From: Epiperipatus broadwayi
Taxonomy: Eukaryota; Animalia; Onychophora
Length of the DNA: 64,000 nt
Reading direction: 5' to 3'
NCBI GenBank assembly: GCA_028023455.1
Contig: JAQFVV010000003.1
Span: forward strand, 28,024,001-28,088,000
Under the pieces are notes generated by a model. That model was not told the DNA's origin, did not search any database, and saw only the letters and a list, made by a program, of their open reading frames with translations. The translations under genes and the position numbers were made by a program. Shown here piece by piece: positions 1-12,066 of this stretch (position 1 is the first letter of the stretch; every line of letters starts with the position of its first letter).

Positions 1-714
1 TTTTAAAAGAAAAAAGACGGAATATTTTAAAAAGCCAAAAAAATAAAAAAACAATTTTTATTTTTAAGAAATATACATCAAACCAGTTACAAAAAATAAA
101 AAACCAATAACAAACAACAAAATTTGAAAAACAGCCCGGTAATGTTATATCTATTCGTTTTTCACTAGCAACAGCGCCATCGGACGGTGTGGATCAATAG
201 ATGCTGTGTTACCAATAATTCTTATATATTATCAAGTTTAAGTTATTTGTTAAATAAATAATTATTATGTTTTATATTAAACTAAATGAGGTCTTCAATT
301 TTATTTTATTTATTTGATATTAAAAGATAAGAACATTTAATATAATAATCTTTATTGATTATTATATTAACTTCATGAAACCCATTTAAAAAGAGTTAGT
401 GAGATTTATTATTATTATTACTCTTAGTATATTGATAGGAACACCCGAAGAGAGTCAATTGTTAAACTTCCCTGAGTTCAAAACCTAAGCATAACAGTTA
501 AGTCAATTAAGGTGAAAATTGATTTGATGTGGTTTAGATATAATAATTTATTAATAATAAATTATTTATTTGGAACAGATATAGTTTTATATCAAAATTA
601 AATCACATCATTCGAGGTATCCTATATGAAGATCTTAAATCTGACTATAGTGAGATGCGACTGTCTTAGCTTATCTCGAGAGGGTGCATACCGTTACAGT
701 ATATATATATATCA

Positions 715-1130
715 ATGATTTATTATGATGTTTTTATAGAATTTTTAGTTTCTCTCACATATTTGTTTTCAATCCCACTATGTAAACATTGTTTGCATTT
801 TATCACATACCCTCCATTAATTATTTCTTTATATTCTATATATTTATTATCTATTAAATTTAATGTTTTCTCTTTTTTTATTAACTATTTTTCTAGTAAT
901 TATTCTTTTGCATTTTTTATTAATCTTTATAATTTTATTAAACCTATTCACTATATTATTAATTTTATTCCTATATATTTATTTTCACCTTTCTTTTTTT
1001 CTTCACTCTTTTCATTTTTATTTATCTTATATTCCATTTTTTCAATACTTCTTTTAATTATATGTATAGAAAAACCATTCTTTTTTAATTCATTGATTAT
1101 TAAATGTTTTTGTTTAATATTTTATTTTGT
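715..1130 (-). mobile_element. Penelope-like element remnant, GIY-YIG endonuclease region
   Basis: Minus-strand translation gives NGGYVIKCKQCLHSGIENKYVRETK, resembling the PLE GIY-YIG signature (GVY.I.C..C...Y.GET), preceded by K-rich IINELKKNGFS. Stops are present. Confidence 0.6.
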
Positions 1131-1151
1131 GTTGGCTGGATTGTTTGGTTC

Positions 1152-2166
1152 TTATAACCTAATCGGGCTTGGCCGCTTGATGGCATTCTGGCTCTCCAAA
1201 ACACCTAACAAATGCCGTTTACAAGGCCTGACTTACGGCTATAGAAAACATCTAATGTTTGTCTTAGCCATTAGAAGGCCGTTGATGATGACGTAATGCA
1301 GAAATAATATGGCCTATTTCTGCGTCGCGACAGTTACTGTGAATCCACACACTTATCTTTCGTGTACAGTTTGATATATATGTGTGTCTAGTTTGATTAG
1401 TCAAATTTTTACAATATACATTACACAATCTTTGTATTTGTAATGAATTTAAAAAACCTGACTTTATAGTAATTTTCCAAATGGCCACGAGAAGGTGTAA
1501 TGTGTAAAAGCTTGCCGAAGGTACATCAAAACGAATTCAGCCGAGTTCGCGTGCGAAATCTCATTTTCACGTGAAATACCACATAGTTCATAAAATGGCT
1601 GGCGATTGCGTAACTTTTTCCGCAAAGCCGAGTATTTCTGCTGTCCAATAAAAATATACATGATTTTTTGTAAATTTCATAAAAAGCACATATTATAAAC
1701 ATATTTATGTGTTTGTTGTTGTTTAAAAAAGTTTGAGTTTCTTTCTTTTGTCCAACTATGTTTACGATTTTGATATTTTTTATTTTAGCATTACAAACAA
1801 CAGAACCCTAACCCTAAAACTAACCCTATACAGTTATTTAGTTATGTAGAAAGCAATAATTAAGCAAAAGACATCGATAAATAGACATCGCAAAAAAAGT
1901 TCTTGCAATCAATCAATTAATAACTAAAAAGGAGGAATGATGATAATTTGTCCAAAAACAGCGATTTAAAAAAAAAAAGGTTGTCGTTTACTAAATACAA
2001 AATTAAAAAGGCATGAAAAAAAAAGTTATAGCAATCAATAAATTAATAACCAAAAAAAAAAAAAAAAACAGCGCTTTAAAAATCACATGGCTCCGTAAAC
2101 CGTACATTGTATTGTTTTTTGACTGCCAACAACGCCATTAAGTGGCCAAGCCCGATTACGTTATAA
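1152..2166. mobile_element. Unclassified non-autonomous DNA element with 36-bp terminal inverted repeats
   Basis: TTATAACCTAATCGGGCTTGGCCGCTTGATGGCATT (1152-1187) matches the reverse complement of 2131-2166 with 4 mismatches. No clear TSD or transposase. Confidence 0.65.
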
Positions 2167-2169
2167 TTA

Positions 2170-3700
2170 CCGATTGTTTTATTTGGATTTAGTTTATTTC
2201 AGTTTCATTGGGTTTTATTATATATTTTATGTTATTTTTAGGTTTTAATTTTTTATTGATTGCATTTTTTATGGTATTATTTGTACAGTTATGTATTTTA
2301 TTTTATTTTGTTCATTATATCATAGCTTTGAAGAAGACTGCAGGACAGTCGAAACGTAGGTATATGTGTATATATGTACAATGAAAGGTTTTTGCTAAAA
2401 ATCATTCGAAGTGATTTGGATAAATTGGATTTATATAAGATATTACAGCAAAAATAAAGGAAAAAGTGTTTTTAGTAATATTTTTGACAAACTGTTTATA
2501 AAAATAAAATGAAATAAAAAATATGTTAATAATGTAAGCTCTATTTAATATTAAAAAGCCAACCTAAAATGTAAGATAGTGATATAATTAATCTGAACAA
2601 TAAACATGGGAATATCTTAATATCATTTGCAAAAATAAAAACAAATAAAAAGATATATTATTAAAGCTAATTTATAACTTTAATGAATATAAGACTCAAA
2701 ATCCTAACGAATTAATTAAAAAGTAACTAGAATTTAAGAAAATTCAAATTTGCAGGAATTTATTGGAATATAAATGGAATAAAGCTTACCAGAAATCAAG
2801 AAAATATTGATGTGATATAGAACAAATGTATCCAAGTATACCACGTAAAGAAATCACTGATGTAATAATTAAAATGTTACAAAAAAAATAATCAAATACA
2901 ATAATATTAATATAAAAATATGTGTTAATTGACAAAAATTTATATTTTAGATATAAGGGAAAAATTAATAAAGGATATAGTTATCGGCTGTGGCATCATT
3001 GTTTATAAACAATGTGAAAACATATAATAAGTAAGTATATGAATATTACTGCGTATAAAAGATATGTTGGTAAAATAATTGGATAACAATAAAAAGTAGA
3101 GTAAAAATGTAATAATTCAAAAATTTTCTGAATAGAATCAATATTAATAATTTTATATTAGTACAATAAAATGATATAATAATTATAGCAAGAATTGATC
3201 CATTATAATGATTGTATCAGAAATTAGACACAGCAAAAAATTTCAGATGGGGTAAGAGGAGATATACTAGCATGATTTAAATAGGAAATAAAATTTTTTA
3301 TACAATTATAATATATATCAATGATATATTATTCAATAAGTATACAATGTATTGTTTAACAATAATGATATAAAAATAATAAAATGAATTAAAATATATT
3401 CTGGAAAAATATATAAAATAAAAAAATGGAATAAAAGATTATAAAGTTGCATGGACGATAGCAAAAAACTCAGAATATTTGACAATACCTAGAAAAGTAG
3501 TAAAAGGTAAAAAAGAACATAACATTTCAACTGACATGATATAAAATCAGTATCATTTTATAAATACAGTAAATAAACTAGCAATATTATAAAACTAATA
3601 ATAACCTATGAAATTAAAATAGTAAAATATCAACTAACGCACAATCATTATATCCATATTTATACAAATATGATTGCATAGCATGATTATACAATATATT
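2170..3700 (+). mobile_element. Degenerate Penelope-like retroelement (pLTR with hammerhead remnant followed by RT remnant)
   Basis: CDIEQMYPSIPRKEITDVIIKML (~2812-2880) resembles the PLE RT motif DIxxLYxxIP; KRYVGKII lies at the YVDD position. Many stops; a hammerhead-like motif lies upstream. Confidence 0.6.
2321..2366 (+). ncRNA. Degenerate minimal type I hammerhead ribozyme motif (Penelope type)
   Basis: TTGAAGA(2328-2334, C3>T)-A-GACTG-CAGGA-CAGTC-GAAA(2351-2354)-CGT. Perfect 5-bp stem II, palindromic ACGT stem III, imperfect stem I. Confidence 0.6.
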
Positions 3701-5188
3701 TAGAAATTTATTTCATAACCCAAATGTATGTTTAGTATAATAATATATGGTGTCAGTTTACAGGTATATTTGTATTACAATTAAATTGTCATTTATAATA
3801 AGGATTTATACTTTATTTTAATGATAAATTCATATTGTATATATAAATATTAATTTAGAGTTCAGTAATATTAAAATGTTATATCTGTGATTTTGACTAC
3901 TATAGTTTCAATAGCTTAATTAATAAAAGCTAGGAGCTGAATTTATATATATATATAACTAAAAATATATAAAGAAAAGCAACAGGCAGGCAGATATTCA
4001 AAAATAATTGTTTAAGAATATTTTCCAAAGTATAAAAATCACTTTCACAATGCATACATAGATGCATATAAACAATAAAAAATAACTTCAATAACAAAAA
4101 AATCGACAACTTACTTTTTAAATTATACATTATTTTACTCTTTACAAAAGATGTTATAATAAATTAGAATACATATTAATTCTAGAAAAATCAAGCAAAA
4201 CTAAATTCAAAGTTATCCAAATCTGATAACATTAAATAAATAAAATATTTAATTATCAATGAAGAAACAAATGTTTAATTATTTATTAAAATATATTGTA
4301 AATCTGCAAAAAAAAAAAATAATAATAATTATATAAGTTGAAGTAATTTAGCATATTTTGTTGAGGTGGTATAAAAATGATAGAATTTTTTGAAAAATAA
4401 GTTTATAAATAAATTTACATTTAATATAAAATGTTTTCAAATATTCAATAAAACATATTTTTGGTTAACAGTTATACTTTGATTTGTGTAACATAAATTA
4501 TATATTCACTTTTATGACACATTATCTAACTATTTCTTTATTTATTTGATATCGCATTCAGCTTATTACAAATTATATTAAAACAATTTTTTTTAAAAAA
4601 TATAGTAACTAATCTTCAGTTTAATATTTAACTTATAAATTTTAAGATACAATATGGTTAATTTATATATTTTATTTAAGTCATTTGCTCAAGTTTTAAG
4701 CCCCAGGGAATCTTTGGGATCCGATTCTATTAACAAAAATTCAGTATTAAAGCTAATGATGATTGGTACATTCATAATACAATTCAATTTTATATTACAC
4801 ATAATAAATGGAACAACTGTTCATTTACTTACTAGATATTTTTATTTGGGCATTATTATTATATGAACATATTTTGTTTTAGCTATTATTCTTAAATCTT
4901 CATGTATCCGAGTTGTTTTTTTTTCTGTTTACGTTTTAACTGAGTCATTATATTTAAAACTTTTCCTTTTCATATATTTATCTGAATTGTTGTTTACTTG
5001 CTAATATATATAGATGCACTTTAATTACTTTTAAATGAGGCTGTAAACATTAAAAAACTAATAATGCTAGGAAAGTATCAAATGATATTTTCTATTATAT
5101 ATTTAGTCGTTTTTTTCCATAATTGATACTTTTAGACAGAATAGTTTACACTTTCTCTAGTTATTTATACACACACATACATGCTTAC

Positions 5189-5302
5189 CTTGCTACAGCT
5201 CCAATCAGATTTATTGGCATTAGCTCGCAGATTATGATCATCTGGCCGTGGCATACTATAGTGCATACTGCACTTGGTACCATCAGAAAATGATAATGAT
5301 CC
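5189..5302 (-). CDS. RBM5: RBM5/RBM10-like coding exon 7 (end of RRM1, start of RanBP2 zinc finger); gene continues beyond window start
   Basis: TTTTAG|GGA...AAG|GTAAGC; 114 nt, phase 0/0; GSLSFSDGTKCSMHYSMPRPDDHNLRANANKSDWSCSK (MHYS and DWxCxK motifs). Confidence 0.9.
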
Positions 5303-6548
5303 CTAAAAAAAATAAAAATGAATTAAATCAAAATAAAAAATATATTCCCTTAGGTCTAACCATCACACCCAACCAATCGAAACATACGTCACAATTTTGG
5401 TAAAAAAAATGCTTCTATTTTATCCGATGCTGATCCATAAATAAATATAATAAATAATGCTCAAATCTTTAGATGACTTACTATTTTAAAAAAGCAATAA
5501 AATAAAATCTTTTCTAGGAAATTGCCAACTGCCATTGAGAGACAAAGCCAATTTTTGATATTTACCTCCTTTTACATATAGTATTAATACATAAATATAT
5601 GTGTGTGTACAATTTTATAAGCAAATAATTATATATATTTATATATTAAAAATAAAATTATGTATTAAAAAGAGGTTAATTCCAGTCAAATACATAAATA
5701 AACTAAAAATAATAATAAATTGGCTTCATTTAATTAAAATTCTTATTATTTTTAAAGACATTTTTTTCATAATTAAGACTTCATTGTTAACTAAAAAAAT
5801 AAAAGAAAAAAGAAAATGTTAAATTTTAAATAGTTAAAATATTAATTTTGTCTTTCTTCTTAGTGTCAAATAGTTCATTAATAATAATAAAAAAATAACT
5901 ATATAAAATTTATCATTTTCTCAAGATATAATTCAGCTCTATTGTAATCTAAAAGTGTATTTAAAACATGCACTACAAGACAGATAAAGCAGTGGCTAAT
6001 TTTTTATTATTAAAAACTGTTCCCCAATATGGCAGAGATTCAAAATTAAAGCTAGCTATATTAAAATCTGTAAATTAAATGAATGAAAATATGAATCTCT
6101 ACTATTATATAACCAGCACAGTTTATTATAAACTGGTCTAAATTTATTAAAATTAAATTTATTTTTATCTTCTCCTAATTATGACAACATAGTGTAATCT
6201 ATCGACAATGTTTTTTTTTATATACAGTAAAGATATCATAAGTAAAAATGGTTTATTATAAATTTTAGCTTTATAAAATTCTATTTTAAAATAATTAATA
6301 CTGCTATATTAAATTTAAAATTATTTTTAGAAAATAAAGGGAAAAAATTAATGAGAACAGATTATTGCATTTTACAAATTCAAAGAATTGTTTTTTGTTT
6401 TTTTTTAATAAGCCAATTTTTAAATGGGCCAATATTCTGAAATATTTTAATTATCTCCCCCAGCCACATCTTGAATTTTATAAAATGAAATAAAGAAAAA
6501 AGATTAAAAAAGGAAAAATGACTGGAAACCTCAATGTTGTTTGCAAAG

Positions 6549-6604
6549 ACCAGTGACCTGAAGAACCCCCAATAGCATTTGATATAGGTTACTAGGTCAC
6601 TGGT
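6549..6604 (-). other. Intronic hairpin with a perfect 11-bp outer stem
   Basis: ACCAGTGACCT (6549-6559) and AGGTCACTGGT (6594-6604) are exact inverted repeats, 50 nt into the intron after exon 6. Confidence 0.6.
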
Positions 6605-6653
6605 TGAAGATTTAAATACCCACGCATTCTTACAAGTTTAGTAGATGTTACAC

Positions 6654-6727
6654 CTGCTTTTGTTCCATCCAACGCGTGGCATCCGACATGTTCTGAAACT
6701 CCACAAAAGCAAATCCGCGGGATGTAC
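6654..6727 (-). CDS. RBM5: RBM5/RBM10-like coding exon 6 (RNP1 of RRM1)
   Basis: TGTGCAG|GT...CAG|GTGTAA; 74 nt, phase 1/0; (G)TSRGFAFVEFQNMSDATRWMEQKQ. Confidence 0.93.
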
Positions 6728-6755
6728 CTGCACAAGTATATGCAGAATGTGTTGT

Positions 6756-6762
6756 GTTAGTG
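6756..6762 (-). promoter_or_regulatory. Branch point consensus upstream of exon 6
   Basis: CACTAAC on the minus strand with branch A about 30 nt from the 3' splice site; weak polypyrimidine tract. Confidence 0.6.
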
Positions 6763-9700
6763 ATTACATTGGGTATTGATAATTCCACTACGGCAACACA
6801 CATAACTACCTCCCAGTAAATTTTTTTATGGCATAAAAATCGGCATTTACAAACATTAAAAAAAAAAAACAACTATATACAGACTAAAAAGGTAGCTTAT
6901 GGTGAACAATTATGCATTAAATAAAATAAACAAATATAATAAATTAGAATCAACATGCAAATATTATACATTGATAAAACTTACCCATTATAACAATATC
7001 CCACACTCAATAAATATTTCTATTTTCTAATGTTAGGAGAAATTTTTTTTTACAAATGATTTATTTAAGCATGAAGATAAAAACAGCAAACTTATTCATG
7101 ATTTCTATATGACTTTTCCAATATTTGTGTCGCCCCCCCCCCCCCCAAATTATCACTCTCTAGAGATGTAAATATAAAACTATTCAAACACAAATTCATT
7201 TTAAAAATGATCTCACTTCTTTTACTTTATATGTATGAACAAGAAAAATCTACAGATTTAGCAATCCAAAAATTTTAACGGCCTTTTGATAAAGGAAGTT
7301 CTTTTAATGCAATAAAAAGTATAATCTTCATATTTTGCAAGTTTAATTAAAGCAATCACAAAATTTTTAATTGCTTTTTTTATTCTATCATGAATTCATT
7401 TAAATATTTTCTGTTTTGAAAAAATATATACACATATTTAATCAATTTTATTAACAAAATTAAGATACTTCAAATTTCAATGCACATTTTCTGTTGAAAC
7501 TGCTAATTTAAACTTCTATTTACAAATTATTCAGTTTATTTTAGTTTAAATAACACAAATTGCAAACACATAAACAATCTTCCTGAAATACTGGGTGTAA
7601 TAATGATTAAAATCTTAATCCCAGTGTATAATATTTACAAGACTTAAAAGTGCCACTGATATTAATAGCAACTAGTAACAAATTTAAAATAATTTGCTAA
7701 ATAAACACAGATATAAAGAGAATCTCTTGGAATAGTGGTTTGCATAATGGCTGGCTATACCAACAGTTTGGGATTCAAATTCTAAATTCTTTTCGGGCAA
7801 TTATTGATTGATAAGTAAGTATCTAGCTAATCAAACTAGAAGATAAATCAACAACAAAAAATAAAAAGGTAAGTCTTCACCCTCTAAAATTATTTGGTTA
7901 CTCCAATGAGTATTATATTATTAAGTTTTCTTTTATTGAAGGATACTGGTAAGACATGCTTTGCAGTAGCCTAAACAAGGATTGTTTTACCATATCTACA
8001 TAAAATTCTTTTTAGTAATGACTCTTAAAACTTATAAAATTATTGTAAAAATCATCTACTAATACCAGTTTAATATTTAAAAAAAAAAAAACATTTTATA
8101 TTGTTCTTAAGTTGATTGAAATAATTGTCAGATATATTTCAAAATGTAGTTTAACTATATACACGTGCACATTTATTATAGATAAGAAAAAAAAAAAAAA
8201 CATCTATTTATATTTTTCTTAATCTCTAATTTAATTTAATACCTTACCTGGGATTAGAAATAACTTACTTGTAAGTGAACATAATATTGTTTTGAAAGAA
8301 AGATACATTTGAATGATTTCACAAAGATGTTTTTCTAGGTAACTAAAAAAAAAATGGACTTTTTTAGCATATAAAGTTATATTGTTTATACAAATTTTTT
8401 TTCAATCCTTTCAAAAAAAATCTGAGCAAAAATAATACTTTTTAAATAAGTATAAAATATACTTGTCCTCCATTGTTAGTCTGTGAAAGAATATTAAAAT
8501 GTATTAAATATGAAGATACATATGCATAAGTATGTATATATGATGAGAAATAAAAAATTATAACTTCAGATTTAGCATAAAAAATACTGCATACCTAAGT
8601 TATATATACATAAGTATGTATATGATGGGAAATACAAAATTATAACTTCAGATTTAGTATACACTGAATACGTATTAGTGATTTAGTTACTCATGAATAA
8701 AATAATTGTTATTAAACTATTCTAAAATCTTCGCAAAATGGCAAAAAAATTTTTTTAAAAAAATAATCTTTAAATTCATGAATTTAATTAATGTGGTTAT
8801 AAATTCAATTAACTTAATTTCACTGGAAAAATGTTTAAAATTTAAAAAAATTACATTTTCTAAACTGGGCAACAATAACAAAAAAAAAAAAAATTATTAT
8901 TACTTTTTTTTGTGCAATATTTATTTTGTGTTTACAAAAAAATCATTGCTAAAATGTATCAGCAAAAATTTCAGTTTACAATTCACATACATATAAATGT
9001 TATGAATCCTATCCCAGATTTAATAATGCTGCATGTATTTTTTAAACAATATTCTTATTACAAATTACATCCCATAAAAGATCAGAAAGTATAAATATAT
9101 TTAATTGTGACTGTGTGTGCATATATATATTTTGATTTTATCAGTGCAACATTCCTATTCACAACAATCTATTAGTCCAGAAGTCAGAACAACCTTCCAC
9201 ATTATAGATACAGGAGGAGCATACATTTTTTCAAGTAAGACATATAGCATGTTACAATTTAACTTCATATACACATTATTTTTAGATTCTTAAACTTAAC
9301 TTATATATATTTTAAACAAATTTTAAACTTCTATTCCATCACACATTACTGAAATACATGATCCAAGACATGTGAAAAAGGAAAAATGACCCCAAAAATG
9401 TGCATTATGGGATGAGTCAACATGCATCAACTGAACTAAATTACAATCTCTCACACATATTTTCATCATTTGTTCAGGGCATATATTGATAGGAAATCAT
9501 TATAGTTTAATTAACAGACAGATGTCAATTTTTCTGTGTCACTAAGTTATTATTAAATTTCCATTAAGTGACTTGTATCTAGCTATGAGTGCAGAAAATT
9601 TGAAACCTGTCAATTAAGCTATAATTTGTTATGAACAAATGCTGAAGGGGCCAAATCATGAGTATTGGTTTAGCACAAAATGTGTATCTTGGAGATCATT

Positions 9701-12025
9701 TATCTTTTTTCACATGACCTATATCATATATTTATCTAAAAATAATGTGTATATGAAGTTAAATTTTAACATGTGCTATATCGCTTACTTTAGAAGAGTA
9801 TGATCCTAATGTATCAATAGTGTGAGAGAAGTTGGTCTGACTTCTGGACTGATAGATAGTTGTGGTAAGTTGAGCTAAAGGTGAATGATGCACTAATAAA
9901 ATTAAAACTTACAATGCATACTATTGTGTAGTGTACATTCCTCCCCAAGATACTAAAAAAAAAAAATGGATGGAAACTTGTCCTACCTTGCCGGAGTGGT
10001 GTAGTTAAAATTCAAATGCACTGATAGAAACAAATGACATACATATATATATATGTAAATTTTATTTAAAATCATTAAAAATAAATTAATAATAAAAAAT
10101 TGATCTATAGGATTAAAAAAAAAAAAATTAAGAAGTTACTTAAGTATTATTCTCTGAATTTTTTCCAGCACAGAATTCACAAAAGCTCTGCAATGTAATT
10201 GAGAGAATTTAAAACAAAATTCTCTACTAATATAAATCAATTCACTTTCTCTTTACGATTTTCATACCCATTAGATTTTACCTTGTATATATATATATAT
10301 ACTCAATGCATTCTCAAACACATACTTCACCCTGTGAATAACTACAAAATTATAATTATATAAAATTCCTGTTAAGAAATTCTTAAAAAAAGCGTAGTGG
10401 GTAAACTACTCAAATAATAAATCAATAAACAGCAAAATGATATACAAACCATAATATATGCAATAATAACAACAAATAAATATATATTTAAATATTAATT
10501 TGATTAAAATGAAGAAAATTAATCTTTCACAAAAAAAAAGTTCACTATTTTGTCAAATTAGTTGCTAGGAGCTTAAAAACAAAACACTGTAAATAAAGCA
10601 TTACTACTTGAATGAGTGAAACTATATAATGTTTTCATATATTAAAAAAAAATAAAAAAAAATGAAAAACTAAAAAAAAAAAACAGTGAGAGAAAATATT
10701 TAATATAAATATGTTAACATACAACAGATATTTAATTTTCTATTTAATTCCACATTAAATCTACCCTAAGAAATTGCAATCAATTATAAATATATATGTA
10801 CATGTATCCTATAAGTATTTATTAAGTGTGTATATAAATAACTTACCATTAAATACAATTTTTTAAAGTCATACATTTAAGTAACATGTAAATATTTAAG
10901 ATCAAACCACAAACTTTTAATACTTCATTTTTACTCTAAAAAATAATGTATATGCATCAGTGAATCTCACTACCTTTATATTAGTATCTGCAATTTTTTT
11001 TTCTTTTTTTTACAGGCACTAATATAGAGCTGTATAGATATGTACATAAATAGAAGCAATGTGGTATGTCAAAAACAAACTATATATAAATATTTTCTAC
11101 CTCTAGTATTCTAGTACAAGTGATTTCTAAAATTCAAACATAACTTTTAAGTATGAATACTTAACAAATAATGAATATGAACAAAACACACAACATTCCT
11201 CCACAATTTGCAGTGCTACACTTCAAGGCAAATAATATCTATGTTATAATGCAAATTTATAATAATTTATTAGATATTTAATAAATTCTATAATTGGTAT
11301 GGAAAAAAAAAAGATTTCTAATAAGTAAACTCTTTTCAAGTTTAGAAGTGATTAAAAATATAAAATTAGCTGATAAAACAGGCAAAACTCCCCATACAGT
11401 AGTACCACTCAGTGCATGTAAAAAGATGAAAAATATTTATACTATTTAGAAAAATGAATACTTAAAAAAAAAAATCTCACAAATATATCAAAGTCTTAAA
11501 AAAGAAAGCCAATCAAAAAAACAATGGAGATAGTTAACCAAGGTCAGAATCAAATCACGAGCAGTCATTTTTTTGAAAATGCAAACAACTATAAAAATAA
11601 CAAACTAAATTTTATGATAAATTTTGAAATTATAAAAATAATTATCAAATAATATGACTCTTGAAAAAACAACTGAATAAAATCAAATAAGTTGGAAAAA
11701 TCTACAATCTCATGCACAGTGTTTTGTTCTATTAGTTGCAATCAAAAAGAGCCAATTATAAAGAAAAAACGGTTAATAATGTGGTGAAATATGTCTATCA
11801 AATCAAATTATTTAAGTCAATATAATGAGATTAAAAAATAAATATTCTAATGGCTGAGCTTATAAACAAAAAACAATGCTATTAATTTTGATGAACTAAT
11901 AAAGCCACAGAACAAATAACTCAATTTCAGTGATTATACTACGAAATGAACCACCTTTTTGAGGCTATATGATGTTTTTTATAACAATTTGTAATTTATT
12001 TACTTACTGTAAAACAATAAGTGGA

Positions 12026-12066
12026 GAAAAATGTATACATTTTTCAGAAAAATGTATACATTTTTC
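12026..12066. repeat. Tandem pair of a perfect 20-bp palindrome
   Basis: GAAAAATGTATACATTTTTC at 12026-12045 and 12047-12066, separated by one A. Confidence 0.9.

Noticed and set aside
715-1296. 193-aa plus-strand ORF
   Set aside because: F/I/L-rich antisense shadow of a K/E-rich Penelope remnant on the minus strand.
1804-1828. AACCCT telomere-like repeats
   Set aside because: Only about three imperfect units, internal to a TIR element; not an interstitial telomere.
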